Shown: positions 9,655 through 20,130 of the stretch, in pieces
How the letters are laid out: every line of letters begins with the position of its first letter
Numbering within the stretch: position 1 is the stretch's first letter
Origin: Desulfatiglandales bacterium
Lineage (GTDB): Bacteria > Desulfobacterota > DSM-4660 > Desulfatiglandales > HGW-15
Reading direction: 5' to 3'
Length of the DNA stretch: 64,000 nt
Assembly (NCBI GenBank): GCA_963667015.2
Contig: CAXXJJ010000004.1
Location: 3,616,001 to 3,680,000, forward strand
Notes under the pieces: model-generated
Database searches by the model: none
Seen by the model: only the letters and a program-made list of their open reading frames with translations
What the model was told of the DNA's origin: nothing
Translations under genes and position numbers: made by a program

Positions 9655-9794
9655 GATAAATCCGTTGCGGCCTTTCAGTTTCCCAGATACCTGAACACAA
9701 AACTGTATATCTGTTTCTCCCATTTCCGGATCAGCTGATTGAATCCCAGGCGGTCTCCATCAATTATTCGATTAATCAACTCAAGGTCGTTTAT
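9655..9794 (-). pseudogene. ECF sigma factor (region 2) remnant
   Basis: INDLELINRIIDGDRLGFNQLIRKWEKQIYSFVFRYLGN*KAATDL; ATA in place of a start after GAGGA; internal TGA at 9675-9677. Confidence 0.65.
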
Positions 9795-9978
9795 AAATCC
9801 TCAGGATTGTTTTTTTGCTGTTTTATATACAGGTACAGACAGCCCTTATTTAAAAAAAACAATATTTTTATTTTAATTTATAAAAAAAGATTATAAAGAC
9901 TGATACTGTTGTGAGATTAAAAGGATTTTATTGATATTTAATTCAGCTCATTTCAATTTTACAAAGAGACATTCTTCA

Positions 9979-11016
9979 ATGAACGATGAAAATTTAAAAG
10001 AAAAAAATTATGAATATGTAAGGCTGGCCCTGCCTTTGATGTCAAAACATGAAGTTCCTATCACACCAAGCAACTATGCGGTATGGTATATGTATGTTTC
10101 AGGGGAAAGCAGAGAATTAAACGAAATCATTGACAAGATAATCAATAACAAGAGGCTCTTTGATGAAGAAATAAACGAAAAACTATACCTGCAGTTTTGC
10201 GCGGAAAAGAATGAAAACGAACTGAAAAAATTTCGAGCCGGGCTGCACCAGATTTTAGAAGTCATGCTAAAAGAGGTCATGGACCTGACCGGCCAGACCG
10301 GACAGTATGAAACCGTACTTTCAAGGTCAATTTCAAGGCTCTCCGAAAATGTTTCCGATGATAATATTATGGATGTAATAAATGAGATTATCGAAGAAAC
10401 AAAAACAATGGGAAACCATGGAAGATCAATACAGCAGAAATTACAGGAAACAACGGAAAATTTAAATACAATACAGAAAGAATTTGAGGAGGCAAAGAAT
10501 GCTGCCCTGCTTGATTTTCTAACAGGAGTTCCCAACCGAAAGGCCCTTAATGATAAATTTGCCGAATATGTAAGTGAGGCCAGTCCGGTCAGTAAAGATT
10601 TGTGTATGCTTTTGATCGATATTGACCACTTCAAAAAATTTAATGATAAATTCGGACATGTTGTTGGAGATGAAGTCCTGAAGTTTGCAGCAAAAAAGAT
10701 AAAGGATATAGTAAGAGGGAGAGATTTTTTCGCCCGATATGGAGGAGAAGAATTTGCTGTACTGCTTCCTCAAACACCCCTGCCCGGCGCTGAAACAGTG
10801 GGAGAACATATAAGAAAATTTTTCTCGGAATCACCGATAAAAACAATTTCGGAATCCGTAAAACTCGGAAGCATCACCGTCTCAATAGGCGCAGCATGCT
10901 ATCGACCGGACGAAACCTTTGAGGACCTGATTGCCCGATCCGACAAGGCCCTCTATCATGCCAAGAATACAGGAAGAAACCGTGTGGCAACAGAGTCCGA
11001 TATATCGCTTCACTAG
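9979..11016 (+). CDS. Diguanylate cyclase (GGDEF)
   Basis: DFLTGVPNR, DIDHFKKFND, RYGGEEF; ITPSNYAVWY N-terminal domain and coiled coil. Confidence 0.92.
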   Translation: MNDENLKEKNYEYVRLALPLMSKHEVPITPSNYAVWYMYVSGESRELNEIIDKIINNKRLFDEEINEKLYLQFCAEKNENELKKFRAGLHQILEVMLKEVMDLTGQTGQYETVLSRSISRLSENVSDDNIMDVINEIIEETKTMGNHGRSIQQKLQETTENLNTIQKEFEEAKNAALLDFLTGVPNRKALNDKFAEYVSEASPVSKDLCMLLIDIDHFKKFNDKFGHVVGDEVLKFAAKKIKDIVRGRDFFARYGGEEFAVLLPQTPLPGAETVGEHIRKFFSESPIKTISESVKLGSITVSIGAACYRPDETFEDLIARSDKALYHAKNTGRNRVATESDISLH

Positions 11017-11193
11017 TGCCGTGCGTAGACTGTTATATCCGTAAATGACAATCATGCTTCAGATCATCATATGTCAGCTTAACTCCAGCTATATGTATTG
11101 GTTACGTAATTTTCACAGGTTATCGACCGGGCCGCACTAAATAAGGGGATATCAGCGCCCCGGTATTTTTTCATTCTTTTAAAGGAGGTAGAA

Positions 11194-12924
11194 ATGAAGG
11201 GAAAGCGTCTGTTGTTGACTCACATGTTGATAGGTTTTGTTATATCCTGCATTCTCATTATGCCAAACCTTTGCAGTGCCGCATCTTCTGATGACAAACT
11301 TATTACCGTTATGAACCCGGGTATCAGAGAGATACTTGCACCGCGCGTAAACCTGACTCCCAGGCTTAAGACGTTGGAAGGCAAAACTATATACCTTGTG
11401 GACATGAACTATGAAGGGATAGACGGTACACCTGTCATGGGTGAAATACAGGAATGGTTTAAAAAGAACATTCCGGGTGTTAAAACAGAGCTCAGGATCA
11501 AAAAAGGCAATTACGTTGCGGATGATCCCGGGCTGTGGAAAGAGATCTCAGATAAAGGTGCAGACGCGGTAATAATGGGAGTGGCCGGATGATGGGGCTG
11601 TATAGCGGCCGTGAGCCGTTTTAACGGAAGTCTGGAAAAGGAGTATAATATCCCCACAGTATCACTTGCCAATGAAAACGTAGTAGACTTTGGTATTAAT
11701 GCCCATGCCAAATACACGACAGGCATGCCCCTGCGTTTTGTTGGAATGCCATATCCATTTACAGGTCTAAGTGAAGAAAGGCTGAAAAACTATCTCAAGA
11801 CAGGGAAGGACAATGTCACGGGCAAACCGGTAATGACAGCAATAATTGATGCGCTCATAACCCCCCTTTCAAAATCCGAAACCAATCCCGAGGCTCCACC
11901 GGAACCGAGATTTTTAAAACCCGATACAGAAGAAAACCTGAGGCGGTTATTTAAGGACAGGAGCTGGACAGATTATAACCCGATCATTCTTCCAACAGAA
12001 GAAAGAGTTACAAAGATGCTTGAAGGCACAAGCCACGACCCGAACGAAATTGTCAAGGAAGCCGCCGGCACCTTCGGGACTAAACGACCGTTTACAGTAG
12101 AGAAGGTCGCCATTATAGGTGTTATGGCAGGAGCCAAACCTGAATATATGCCCGTACTGCTGGCCCTGGCAAGCCAGGTTCCATACATGGACTCCACTAC
12201 TTCAAGTTCACGCATGGTGGTTATCAACGGCCCAATAAGGGAAGAAATAGGTGTTAATTCGGGCATAGGGGCACTTGGCCCCAATGCAGAGGCAAACTCA
12301 ATAATTGGCCGCTCCATGGTGCTTTTTCATAAAATATTACAGGGCTACAAAGAGGGAGAAAGCGGTTTTTCATCTCTCAGCAATCCCCTGCTGTACAATA
12401 ACCTTACTATAGCTGAAAATGAAGAGAACCTCCCTGAAGGCTGGAAGCCGTTTCATGTACAGAAGGGTTTTAATCTTGAAGACAGTACAATAACCGTATT
12501 CTTCGGCTGGAATTTTGTAAACTGCTCCGGTTCTGTTGTAGAGCACTATGCACCCCAGCTTATGATGAGAGATTTCACCCGGGTGCTTGCTGCCACTGGA
12601 GGAGCAACACTCATTATGGATCCTTCAGTAGCAGACCTTTTAAGGGACACCCAGGGTTTTAAAACAAAAGAAGAATTTTCAAAGTGGCTGTCTGATAATG
12701 CCGAAATACCAGCAAAGCTTTACTGGGCAAACTCAATTGTATCAGGAATGCAGGGCCCTGACGGTGTCAAGGACTATAAGAATATCAAAGAAGGGGCAAT
12801 GCTGAAACACATGAAAAACCCGGCTTCGATCAACTCAATTGTTGTTGGAGGAGAAACAGCCAGCGTATGGTTTATTACCGATTTTATGTCTGGAAGACCT
12901 GTATCTATAGATGCATGGAGATAA
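11194..12924 (+). CDS. Probable secreted UGSC-family-like selenoprotein (Sec at UGA 11590-11592, UxxC motif)
   Basis: ORFs 11194-11592 and 11611-12924 are in the same frame; junction reads VAG-TGA-W-G-C; signal peptide; downstream hairpin; C-terminal domain has TVEKVAIIGVMAGAKPEY. Confidence 0.75.
11605..11619 (+). promoter_or_regulatory. Candidate bacterial SECIS hairpin
   Basis: GCGGC-CGTGA-GCCGT starts 13 nt after the UGA; G in the second loop position. Confidence 0.45.
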
Positions 12925-13050
12925 CAAAATAGCAATAGCCAGAAAGGGCGGATATACAGGAAAGATCCTCAGGGTAAACCCGGGTCTTAATTTCAATGTA
13001 TGGGCAGAGGTCATGAAAGGCAAGGGCCGGCTCGGTTAAGGGCGTGGGAA

Positions 13051-13084
13051 AAGGGTCATCAGCCTTAACAGGCTGAGAACCCTT
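13051..13084. terminator. Hairpin between convergent genes
   Basis: AAGGGT..TCAGCC-TTAACA-GGCTGA..ACCCTT. Confidence 0.45.
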
Positions 13085-13114
13085 GATATTTTGGATGAAG
13101 AAGAATTCCTTCGT

Positions 13115-14482
13115 CTAATCCTTCTTGAAGACCGTCGGGTCCAGGTCATGCTTTTTCATAAGGGCATAGAGGTCTCCCCGGTATTTCCCTGCCATCTTTG
13201 CGGCTTTACTGACATTGCCTTCAGCAAGGGATAAAATATTGGAGATATAATTTTTTTCAAAGAGATTTTTGGCATCCTTGAATGACTGTAACTCCTCTGC
13301 CTCTTCCGGGGCATTTGCCTGGAGAATAAGATCCTGGTCAATAATATCCTTTGTACTCATGGCTACAGCATATTCGATAGTATTTTCCAGCTCCCTCACA
13401 TTGCCGGGCCATGAATAGTTTAAAAGCTTCTGCATGGCGGCCATCGAGATTTCCTTGGTGCCCTTATTCATTTTCTCACTGAATTTTTTCAAAAAATGAT
13501 CTACCAGGAGAGGTATATCCTCCCTCCTGTCCCGTAAAGGCGGCAGGTTAACAGGTATAACATGAATACGGTAAAAAAGGTCTTTACGAAAGTTTCCGTT
13601 TTTCACCTCTTCCTCCAGATTCCTGTTTGTTGCGGTAATTATTCTTACATCCACTGTTACGGATTTTTCTCCGCCAAGGGGATAAAACTTTTTTTCCTGA
13701 AGAACACGAAGCAGTTTTACCTGCATGGACTCAGGCATATCTGAAACCTCATCAAGGAAGAGCGTGCCATTGTCGGCCTGAGTGAAAAATCCCTTTCTGG
13801 CCTTGATGGCTCCGGTAAAGGCACCCTTTTCATAACCGAACAGTTCACCTTCATGCAGGCCTTCCGGAATGGCAGCACAGTTTACCGCCACAAAGGATCG
13901 ATCCTTCCGGGGACTTAACAGGTGAAGAGATTTGGCGATCAGTTCCTTTCCTGTACCGCTCTCACCACATATACATACACTGGAATCCGTCTCTGCCGCC
14001 CTTACAACCTGCTCCATAACGTCCTGCATTTTTTTGCTTTTACCAATGATGTTCTCGAAGCCGTACCGTTCTCCAACCAGGGCCCTGAGTCTCCGGATCT
14101 CTCTTGAAAGACTGCTTTTTTCAAGGCCGTTTTTTATCTGGAGAAGCAGCTCCCGCCGGTTGAAAGGTTTGGTAAGAAAGCTGTATGCCCCCATCTTCAT
14201 TGCCTCAACGGCCGTGTCAATGGTACCGTGTGCAGTAAGGATTATTACGGGCATCTCGGGAGCCGTCTGATGCAGTTTTTTCATGAGCTCAATACCGTTT
14301 TCACTTTCACCCAGCCTTAGATCAATAAGCGCCAGATCAAACAGTGAGCCTTTGATCAGTTCCCGGGCCTCCACGGCTTCACTTGCTGCGGATACATTAT
14401 AACCTTCCGCCTCGAGCCTGAGGCTCAGGACCTCAAGCATATTTTTATCATCATCAACTATTAATATTGTATCTTCAGACAT
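13115..14482 (-). CDS. Sigma54-dependent response regulator (NtrC/GlrR-like)
   Basis: Receiver domain, GESGTGKE, GAFTGA, WPGNVREL, C-terminal HTH. Confidence 0.92.
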   Translation of the reverse strand: MSEDTILIVDDDKNMLEVLSLRLEAEGYNVSAASEAVEARELIKGSLFDLALIDLRLGESENGIELMKKLHQTAPEMPVIILTAHGTIDTAVEAMKMGAYSFLTKPFNRRELLLQIKNGLEKSSLSREIRRLRALVGERYGFENIIGKSKKMQDVMEQVVRAAETDSSVCICGESGTGKELIAKSLHLLSPRKDRSFVAVNCAAIPEGLHEGELFGYEKGAFTGAIKARKGFFTQADNGTLFLDEVSDMPESMQVKLLRVLQEKKFYPLGGEKSVTVDVRIITATNRNLEEEVKNGNFRKDLFYRIHVIPVNLPPLRDRREDIPLLVDHFLKKFSEKMNKGTKEISMAAMQKLLNYSWPGNVRELENTIEYAVAMSTKDIIDQDLILQANAPEEAEELQSFKDAKNLFEKNYISNILSLAEGNVSKAAKMAGKYRGDLYALMKKHDLDPTVFKKD

Positions 14483-14525
14483 AATCTTATTACCTTCTAT
14501 TCTTCGGGCCATTCATTCTCAGTTT

Positions 14526-15095
14526 TTACTCCGCCCCGATATCTATTTCCTTTAATGCACTTATCTGTTCCTTGTATGATATTATCTCTTCTTTGTATGC
14601 CCTAATCTCTTCCCTGCAGCTCTCTTTACAGGAGCTGATCTGTTTTTTACAGGATGATATTTTACCCTCCAGATCTCTGATCTGACTATCACGAAGGGCA
14701 ACTTTGCTTAATACCTCTGCCCATGCCCCGGCTTCCTCCCTCAGGGGACTTTTAGTGAAATCACGAAGAAGCCTCTGAAAATATCTTAGAGCCTCCGCAT
14801 TATTTTTCTTCGGGTTACCCGGATATAGCCATATAAGCCCCATTTCAAACAACGCCCTGTCACCCGGGCTGTCCCTGGGATATGATCTGGCAATCCTGCT
14901 GTATGCCTTGAGGGCATCATCGTAGTTACCTTTGCTTACCATCATTGAAGCCAGTTCGATAGGGGTCCCACCTTCGGGTAAAACATGGACCCTTCTGCCT
15001 GGAATAACGCATCCTTCGCTTATTAATAAAACTATCAGGAGACAGGCACTGTAAAAAAGAAGGTGCTTCCTGTTTTTCCATTGCTTTCCACCCAT
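14526..15095 (-). CDS. TPR/coiled-coil lipoprotein (QseG-like position)
   Basis: Lipobox SEGC, TPR-like helices, heptad tail ending LKEIDIG; lies between kinase and regulator. Confidence 0.65.
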   Translation of the reverse strand: MGGKQWKNRKHLLFYSACLLIVLLISEGCVIPGRRVHVLPEGGTPIELASMMVSKGNYDDALKAYSRIARSYPRDSPGDRALFEMGLIWLYPGNPKKNNAEALRYFQRLLRDFTKSPLREEAGAWAEVLSKVALRDSQIRDLEGKISSCKKQISSCKESCREEIRAYKEEIISYKEQISALKEIDIGAE

Positions 15096-16516
15096 ATATC
15101 TCCTCCATGGGCATTTATTATCTGTTTTGCTATATAAAGACCCAGTCCGGTACCTTTTTCATGCAACTTTTTGTATTTGTCAAATATATCGTTTATGTTC
15201 TCTACTGGGATGCCTGGCCCTGTGTCTGAAACTGAAACTTCAATTATCTCTTTTGTGTTCCCGCCTGGGTATCCCTTCCGATGAATTGCACCTATTGATA
15301 TCTTCCCCTTTTCCGGTGTAAATTTAAGGGCATTGCCAAGCAGGTTATCAAAGACCTGCCCCATTTTATCCGGTTCCATAACCGCATACAGTGCTTCGCT
15401 TGCTACATTTACCTCTACTGCTATTTTTTTCCTTATCACTATGGGCTGTATCTTTGACACAGCAATTGCTATCAGATGGGACAGATTATAATTTTCCATC
15501 TGATAGTCAAATATTCCAGCGTCCATCCGGGAAAAATTCAGAACCCTGTTTACCGAGTCTATCAGCCGTTCACACTCCTCCTGGACAATGCCGAGAAGTT
15601 TATCCTGCTTTTCCCTGGACATTGTCTCAGCTGAATCCTTAAAAAGACTTACAGCCTCTCTCATTACTGCCAGAGGCGTCCTGAACTCGTGAGACACATT
15701 TGCAATAAGGTCTGCCTTCATTTCGTCAAGCTCTTTCAGGCGATCACACATATGATTGAAGGCGGTGGCCAGTTCATTTATCTCCGGCGGAGAGGAAATA
15801 TCCAGATGTTTTTCAAACTTTCCCTTGGCGATTTCTTTTATCTCTTTTATCATAAGAGAAATAGGATGGTGAATCGTCCGGGCATTGAAAAATGCTATCA
15901 GCAGAGCCATAACAACTGACGATATGGACAGAATCAGGATAATCTTCAAGGCCTGTGTGCCTATCTCTTTGGACATGCCTATCTTTAGATCAACTTCATC
16001 CTCTATTGATTTTTTCAATAGCCTCAGCTGCTGGGTAACAACATCTATTAAAACCTCTGTTTTGTTCTTAAAAACATCTTTTTTACTTTCAAAATCTTCC
16101 TTTGAATATTCTTCTTTCCGGTTTATCAGGTCGAACTCTTCCTGAACCTTTGCAAAATACCGATTATATGACTCCTTTATCCTGCCGGAAATATTTTTAT
16201 TTTTTGTGGACGCCAGGAGATTGGCCATCTCATCAAGGTCGTTTCTGACGCTTTCCTCGGTTTCGAGGAATTTCCTGTAATAACCCTGACCCTGATCTTC
16301 AAACAGTACATATTTTTTTTGAAAATTTTTCTGGTCATCAAGGGTTTCCTTCAGACGGTCTACAACTTCTATAGTTTCGCCGCCCAAACCGATTGAATCA
16401 ATGATCTGATTCAATTCCCTGAGCTTCAGAAAAGCATATGCCCCGAGTGCAACAACAACAATAAGCATCAGCAGAAAGCCTGCGACAAGTCTTTTAAAAA
16501 TTGTAAATTTCATCAT
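15035..16516 (-). CDS. HAMP sensor histidine kinase (GlrK-like)
   Basis: Two TM helices, HAMP, SHEFRTPL, NALKF, DTGPGI, GTGLGL. Confidence 0.92.
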   Translation of the reverse strand: MMKFTIFKRLVAGFLLMLIVVVALGAYAFLKLRELNQIIDSIGLGGETIEVVDRLKETLDDQKNFQKKYVLFEDQGQGYYRKFLETEESVRNDLDEMANLLASTKNKNISGRIKESYNRYFAKVQEEFDLINRKEEYSKEDFESKKDVFKNKTEVLIDVVTQQLRLLKKSIEDEVDLKIGMSKEIGTQALKIILILSISSVVMALLIAFFNARTIHHPISLMIKEIKEIAKGKFEKHLDISSPPEINELATAFNHMCDRLKELDEMKADLIANVSHEFRTPLAVMREAVSLFKDSAETMSREKQDKLLGIVQEECERLIDSVNRVLNFSRMDAGIFDYQMENYNLSHLIAIAVSKIQPIVIRKKIAVEVNVASEALYAVMEPDKMGQVFDNLLGNALKFTPEKGKISIGAIHRKGYPGGNTKEIIEVSVSDTGPGIPVENINDIFDKYKKLHEKGTGLGLYIAKQIINAHGGDIWVESNGKTGSTFFFTVPVS

Positions 16517-16886
16517 GATTATTGCAGTGAAAGGAAAAACCGGGTATATCCGCCTTATATATCTCTTTACCAGAGGAAGTGATTAATTCACCTTAATCCA
16601 ACAAATATAGTCCCTCACTATATTGCATTTTTGCGCATTCTATATCATAGTTACCTGACAGTCAACATAAGCTCATATTTCAGGAAGACTGGTTAAATCA
16701 ACTGTAAAATTACGTTTTATCAGCAGGTTATAAAATAGCATTTTGACAGGGAAGAAGGTTGGGTAACACAGAGATGCAAAAAAATGCACCTCCTGATATT
16801 GGTTTGTTATTATTTGACACATAAGATATCTGTTCTTATACTCCTCCATGATCCAGACTTTACCCTCAAGATTGAAAGGAAACATA

Positions 16887-19109
16887 ATGGCACATCCTAA
16901 AAATGCCTTCAGGAAAATACTTTATTTTATGGCTATTATTACATTTTTATTCACCGGTTGCAGTAAACCTGAAAAGGAATCAAAACCAATGGATAATATC
17001 AAGGCTAAGGTGCAGGCTTTAATGGATAAAATGACCCTGGATGACAAACTGAACTTGATGGATGGGGATATCCCATTCTGGTCAGGTTTTAACGAGATGG
17101 CAAAGGGCTACAATGTAAAACCTTATCCGGCCGGGGTGATGCCTGAAATCGGAATATACGGCATCCGGTTTATTGACGGCCCCCGAGGCATAGTTATGAA
17201 GGGGTCAACCACCTTTCCGGTCACTATGGCCAGAGGTGCTACATGGGACATTGCTCTTGAAGAAAAGGTTGGAGAGGCTATCGGAAAAGAGCTGCGCGCC
17301 CAGGGCGGAAACTTCTTTGGCGGTGTCTGCATTAACCTGCTCAGGCACCCTGCATGGGGCAGAGCCCAGGAGACCTATGGAGAAGATCCTGTCGTCCTTG
17401 GTGAAATGGGCGCAGCCCTTACCAGGGGGGTCCAGAAGCACGGCATGGCCTGCGTAAAGCACTTTGCCCTGAATTCCATGGAGAACTCACGCTTTCAGGT
17501 GGATGTGAATATCAGCGACAGGGCTCTTCATGAAATGTATCTGCCTCACTTCAAGCGGGTAATAGACGAGGGTAATGTTGCCGCGGTCATGAGCGCTTAT
17601 AACAGTATGAACGGAGAATGGTGCGGACAGAACAGGGAGCTGCTGACAGATATTCTAAAGGACAAATGGGGATTTGAAGGATTTGTTATAACCGATTTCC
17701 TTTTCGGAATGGATAATTCTAAAAAAGCCGTACTTGCCGGCCAGGACATTGAAATGCCGTTTCATATGATACATGATCAGCATCTGAAGGAACTTGTAGA
17801 AAAGAACGAAGTCCCTATGTCCCGCATCGACGATGCCGTTCGCCGGATATTGACCCAGCAGTTTAAGTGGGCAAAACCCGTGAATTATGGCAGAGAAGTC
17901 ATCGGATGCAAAGAACACCAGGCTCTGTCACAGGAAGTGGCTGAAAAATCAATGGTGCTTCTTAAAAACGAAAACAGCCTGCTGCCCCTTAAAAACATTC
18001 GAAGACTTGCGGTTATAGGGAGACTGGCCGATTCAACGGCAACAGGTGACGCGGGCTCCAGCAATACACGTCCGGATCATGTTGTTTCAGCCCTTGAAGG
18101 TATAAGGAACAGATTCAAAGATAGTGTTGAGATAATTTATAACAGCGGAGAAGATCTGGAAAGAGCTGTTGCAGATGCTGAATCTGCAGATGCGGTTGTG
18201 CTGATTGCTGGCTATACCCACGAGGATGAAGGCGAATATGTACCGCCGGGAATGTTCAGGAAAAAGGCCTATCTGATGCCCGAACCCTCTTCACTGGAGG
18301 AAGACAGGATAGCCGAAACATTTCTGGCCCCGGAACCGTCCGAAGACACCACCGATTCCTTTTCACTTGGCGGAGACAGGGAAGATCTTCACCTGCACCC
18401 TGCAGAGGTTCAGCTTATACAGGCCGTGGCGCAGGCAAATAAAAATACGATTGTGTCCGTTATTGCAGGCAGTGCGGTCATAATGGAAGAATGGAAAGAT
18501 GAGGTGCCTGCAATCCTTATGCAGTGGTATTCCGGCATGGAAGGAGGTACTGCCCTTGCAGACATCCTTGCAGGAGACGTAAACCCCGGCGGAAAACTTC
18601 CCTTTGTAATCCCGACCTCGACCGATCACCTGCCCGAGTTTGATTATAATGCAAAATCCATTACATATGACCTGTGGCACGGATACAGAAAACTTGAAAA
18701 AGAGGGACATCAGCCTGCCTTCCCATTTGGTTACGGCCTGAGTTACACGAACTATGATTATAAAAACCTCAGTTTAGATAAAAACAGCTATAAAGATTCG
18801 GATACCATTAAGGTTTCGCTGGATATTACAAATACCGGCAAAGTAAATGGTGAAGAAATAGTTCAGGTTTATATTTCGGCAATCGCTTCAAAGGTGGAAA
18901 GGGCGCCAAAGGAGCTGAAGGCCTTCTCAAGAGTTCCCATTTCCGCAGGAGAAACACAGACTGTAACATTGAATATATCTGTATCTGATATTGCCTATTA
19001 TGATGAAGATGCAAAAGAATTTATCGTTGAACCAATAGAATATGAGGTATTTGCGGGCAGACATTCCCTGGATGAAAAGGCCTTGAAGTCCGGGTTTAGA
19101 GTAGAATAG
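16887..19109 (+). CDS. GH3 beta-glucosidase family lipoprotein
   Basis: DGPRG, WGRAQETYGEDP, KHFALN, VMSAYN, FPFGYGLSYT, Fn3-like tail; lipobox FTGC. Confidence 0.9.
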   Translation: MAHPKNAFRKILYFMAIITFLFTGCSKPEKESKPMDNIKAKVQALMDKMTLDDKLNLMDGDIPFWSGFNEMAKGYNVKPYPAGVMPEIGIYGIRFIDGPRGIVMKGSTTFPVTMARGATWDIALEEKVGEAIGKELRAQGGNFFGGVCINLLRHPAWGRAQETYGEDPVVLGEMGAALTRGVQKHGMACVKHFALNSMENSRFQVDVNISDRALHEMYLPHFKRVIDEGNVAAVMSAYNSMNGEWCGQNRELLTDILKDKWGFEGFVITDFLFGMDNSKKAVLAGQDIEMPFHMIHDQHLKELVEKNEVPMSRIDDAVRRILTQQFKWAKPVNYGREVIGCKEHQALSQEVAEKSMVLLKNENSLLPLKNIRRLAVIGRLADSTATGDAGSSNTRPDHVVSALEGIRNRFKDSVEIIYNSGEDLERAVADAESADAVVLIAGYTHEDEGEYVPPGMFRKKAYLMPEPSSLEEDRIAETFLAPEPSEDTTDSFSLGGDREDLHLHPAEVQLIQAVAQANKNTIVSVIAGSAVIMEEWKDEVPAILMQWYSGMEGGTALADILAGDVNPGGKLPFVIPTSTDHLPEFDYNAKSITYDLWHGYRKLEKEGHQPAFPFGYGLSYTNYDYKNLSLDKNSYKDSDTIKVSLDITNTGKVNGEEIVQVYISAIASKVERAPKELKAFSRVPISAGETQTVTLNISVSDIAYYDEDAKEFIVEPIEYEVFAGRHSLDEKALKSGFRVE

Positions 19110-19255
19110 AATCCGGATAATACTCTCTCCCGCCCGGGAAAAAACTGGAGGAAATATATAGCTGCAACCATTTGATATCTAAACAATAAATATTTCAATT
19201 TTTATTTAAGAATTACCCGGTATTTTCCGATAATCTTAATGAATATTTGATTAAA

Positions 19256-19346
19256 TAATTATGGGCAAACCATTCTAAAGAGTGGGACGCAAAGCTTCCG
19301 ATCTACGTCTGCGAACAGCAGATATGACAGCGGGGTTGCTGGATTA
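19256..19346 (+). ncRNA. c-di-GMP-I (GEMM) riboswitch aptamer
   Basis: GGGCAAACCATTC-TAAA-GAGTGGGACGCAAAGCTTCCGATCTA...GACAGCGGGGTTGC matches the GEMM core. Confidence 0.9.
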
Positions 19347-19354
19347 AAAAATGC

Positions 19355-19390
19355 AAACCCGTTTTCATTAAAGGAAACGGGTTTTTTATT
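19355..19390 (+). terminator. Intrinsic terminator forming the riboswitch expression platform
   Basis: AAACCCGTTTT..GAAACGGGTTTTTTATT, between the aptamer and the ATG at 19400. Confidence 0.8.
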
Positions 19391-19399
19391 GATCATACT

Positions 19400-19861
19400 A
19401 TGAGCGAAAAAGTTAAAAATATATTGGATTATAGGTTTATGAGAATTACCATCTTCGGGGTCATTCTGTTGGGGATACTGACCCTTATTTATTTCTATCA
19501 TAACACTGTCAGGCTGGACCACGTGAAACTATCCGGCCTACAGGGTAAAAGAGAAAATCCAAATCCCTTAAGAAAAAATAAGGTTGTAATTACAAGCTTC
19601 CAGATGGGAGTTGGAAGAAATGATGCGTTAGGGCTGATATTGGCGAGTCCATATAATAACAGTAACCAGCAGGCACAGTTGTACAAATATGAACCCAAGA
19701 TAAAGAATGATTTTCTCATGCAGGTCGATGAGGAAAAAATAAAGGAATGGGTAAAGAAAAGAGATTTCCGCGAAATTAAGGCTACATTCCGCAATATTGT
19801 AAATAAATATCTGGATGAGCCCGTAAAGGAAGTGTATATAAGCAACTTTTTTTATGAATAA
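19400..19861 (+). CDS. FliL-like membrane protein
   Basis: Single N-terminal TM helix; PKIKND and PVKEVYISNF C-terminal pattern. Confidence 0.55.
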   Translation: MSEKVKNILDYRFMRITIFGVILLGILTLIYFYHNTVRLDHVKLSGLQGKRENPNPLRKNKVVITSFQMGVGRNDALGLILASPYNNSNQQAQLYKYEPKIKNDFLMQVDEEKIKEWVKKRDFREIKATFRNIVNKYLDEPVKEVYISNFFYE

Positions 19862-20130
19862 CTTTTTATAAAGATAGTTCCATGGTTAACCAGTCTGTAC
19901 AGTCTATCTTCTATTAATTCATAACCTTTTTTCTGCTGGGTCACACCTCGCCTGTTCAAAATATGTATGGTCACACACGCATTTTGCTCATTTATTAGCT
20001 ATGATTGTTGCCATCCATATTTCTCCCAACTAAAACAATCACTATATTATCAGATAGTTAAATCAATAATGCCATCATGGCACAGAAGTTGTTATATTCA
20101 TTGACAGACAATAAATCAAAAGGTGTGGAT

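Noticed and set aside
9675..9677. TGA in the sigma-like frame as selenocysteine
   Set aside because: Not a Cys position, no redox motif, the start codon is also broken and similarity fades soon after; it fits pseudogene decay.
19259..19522. Minus-strand 87-aa ORF
   Set aside because: Antisense to the riboswitch and the fliL-like gene; no protein features.
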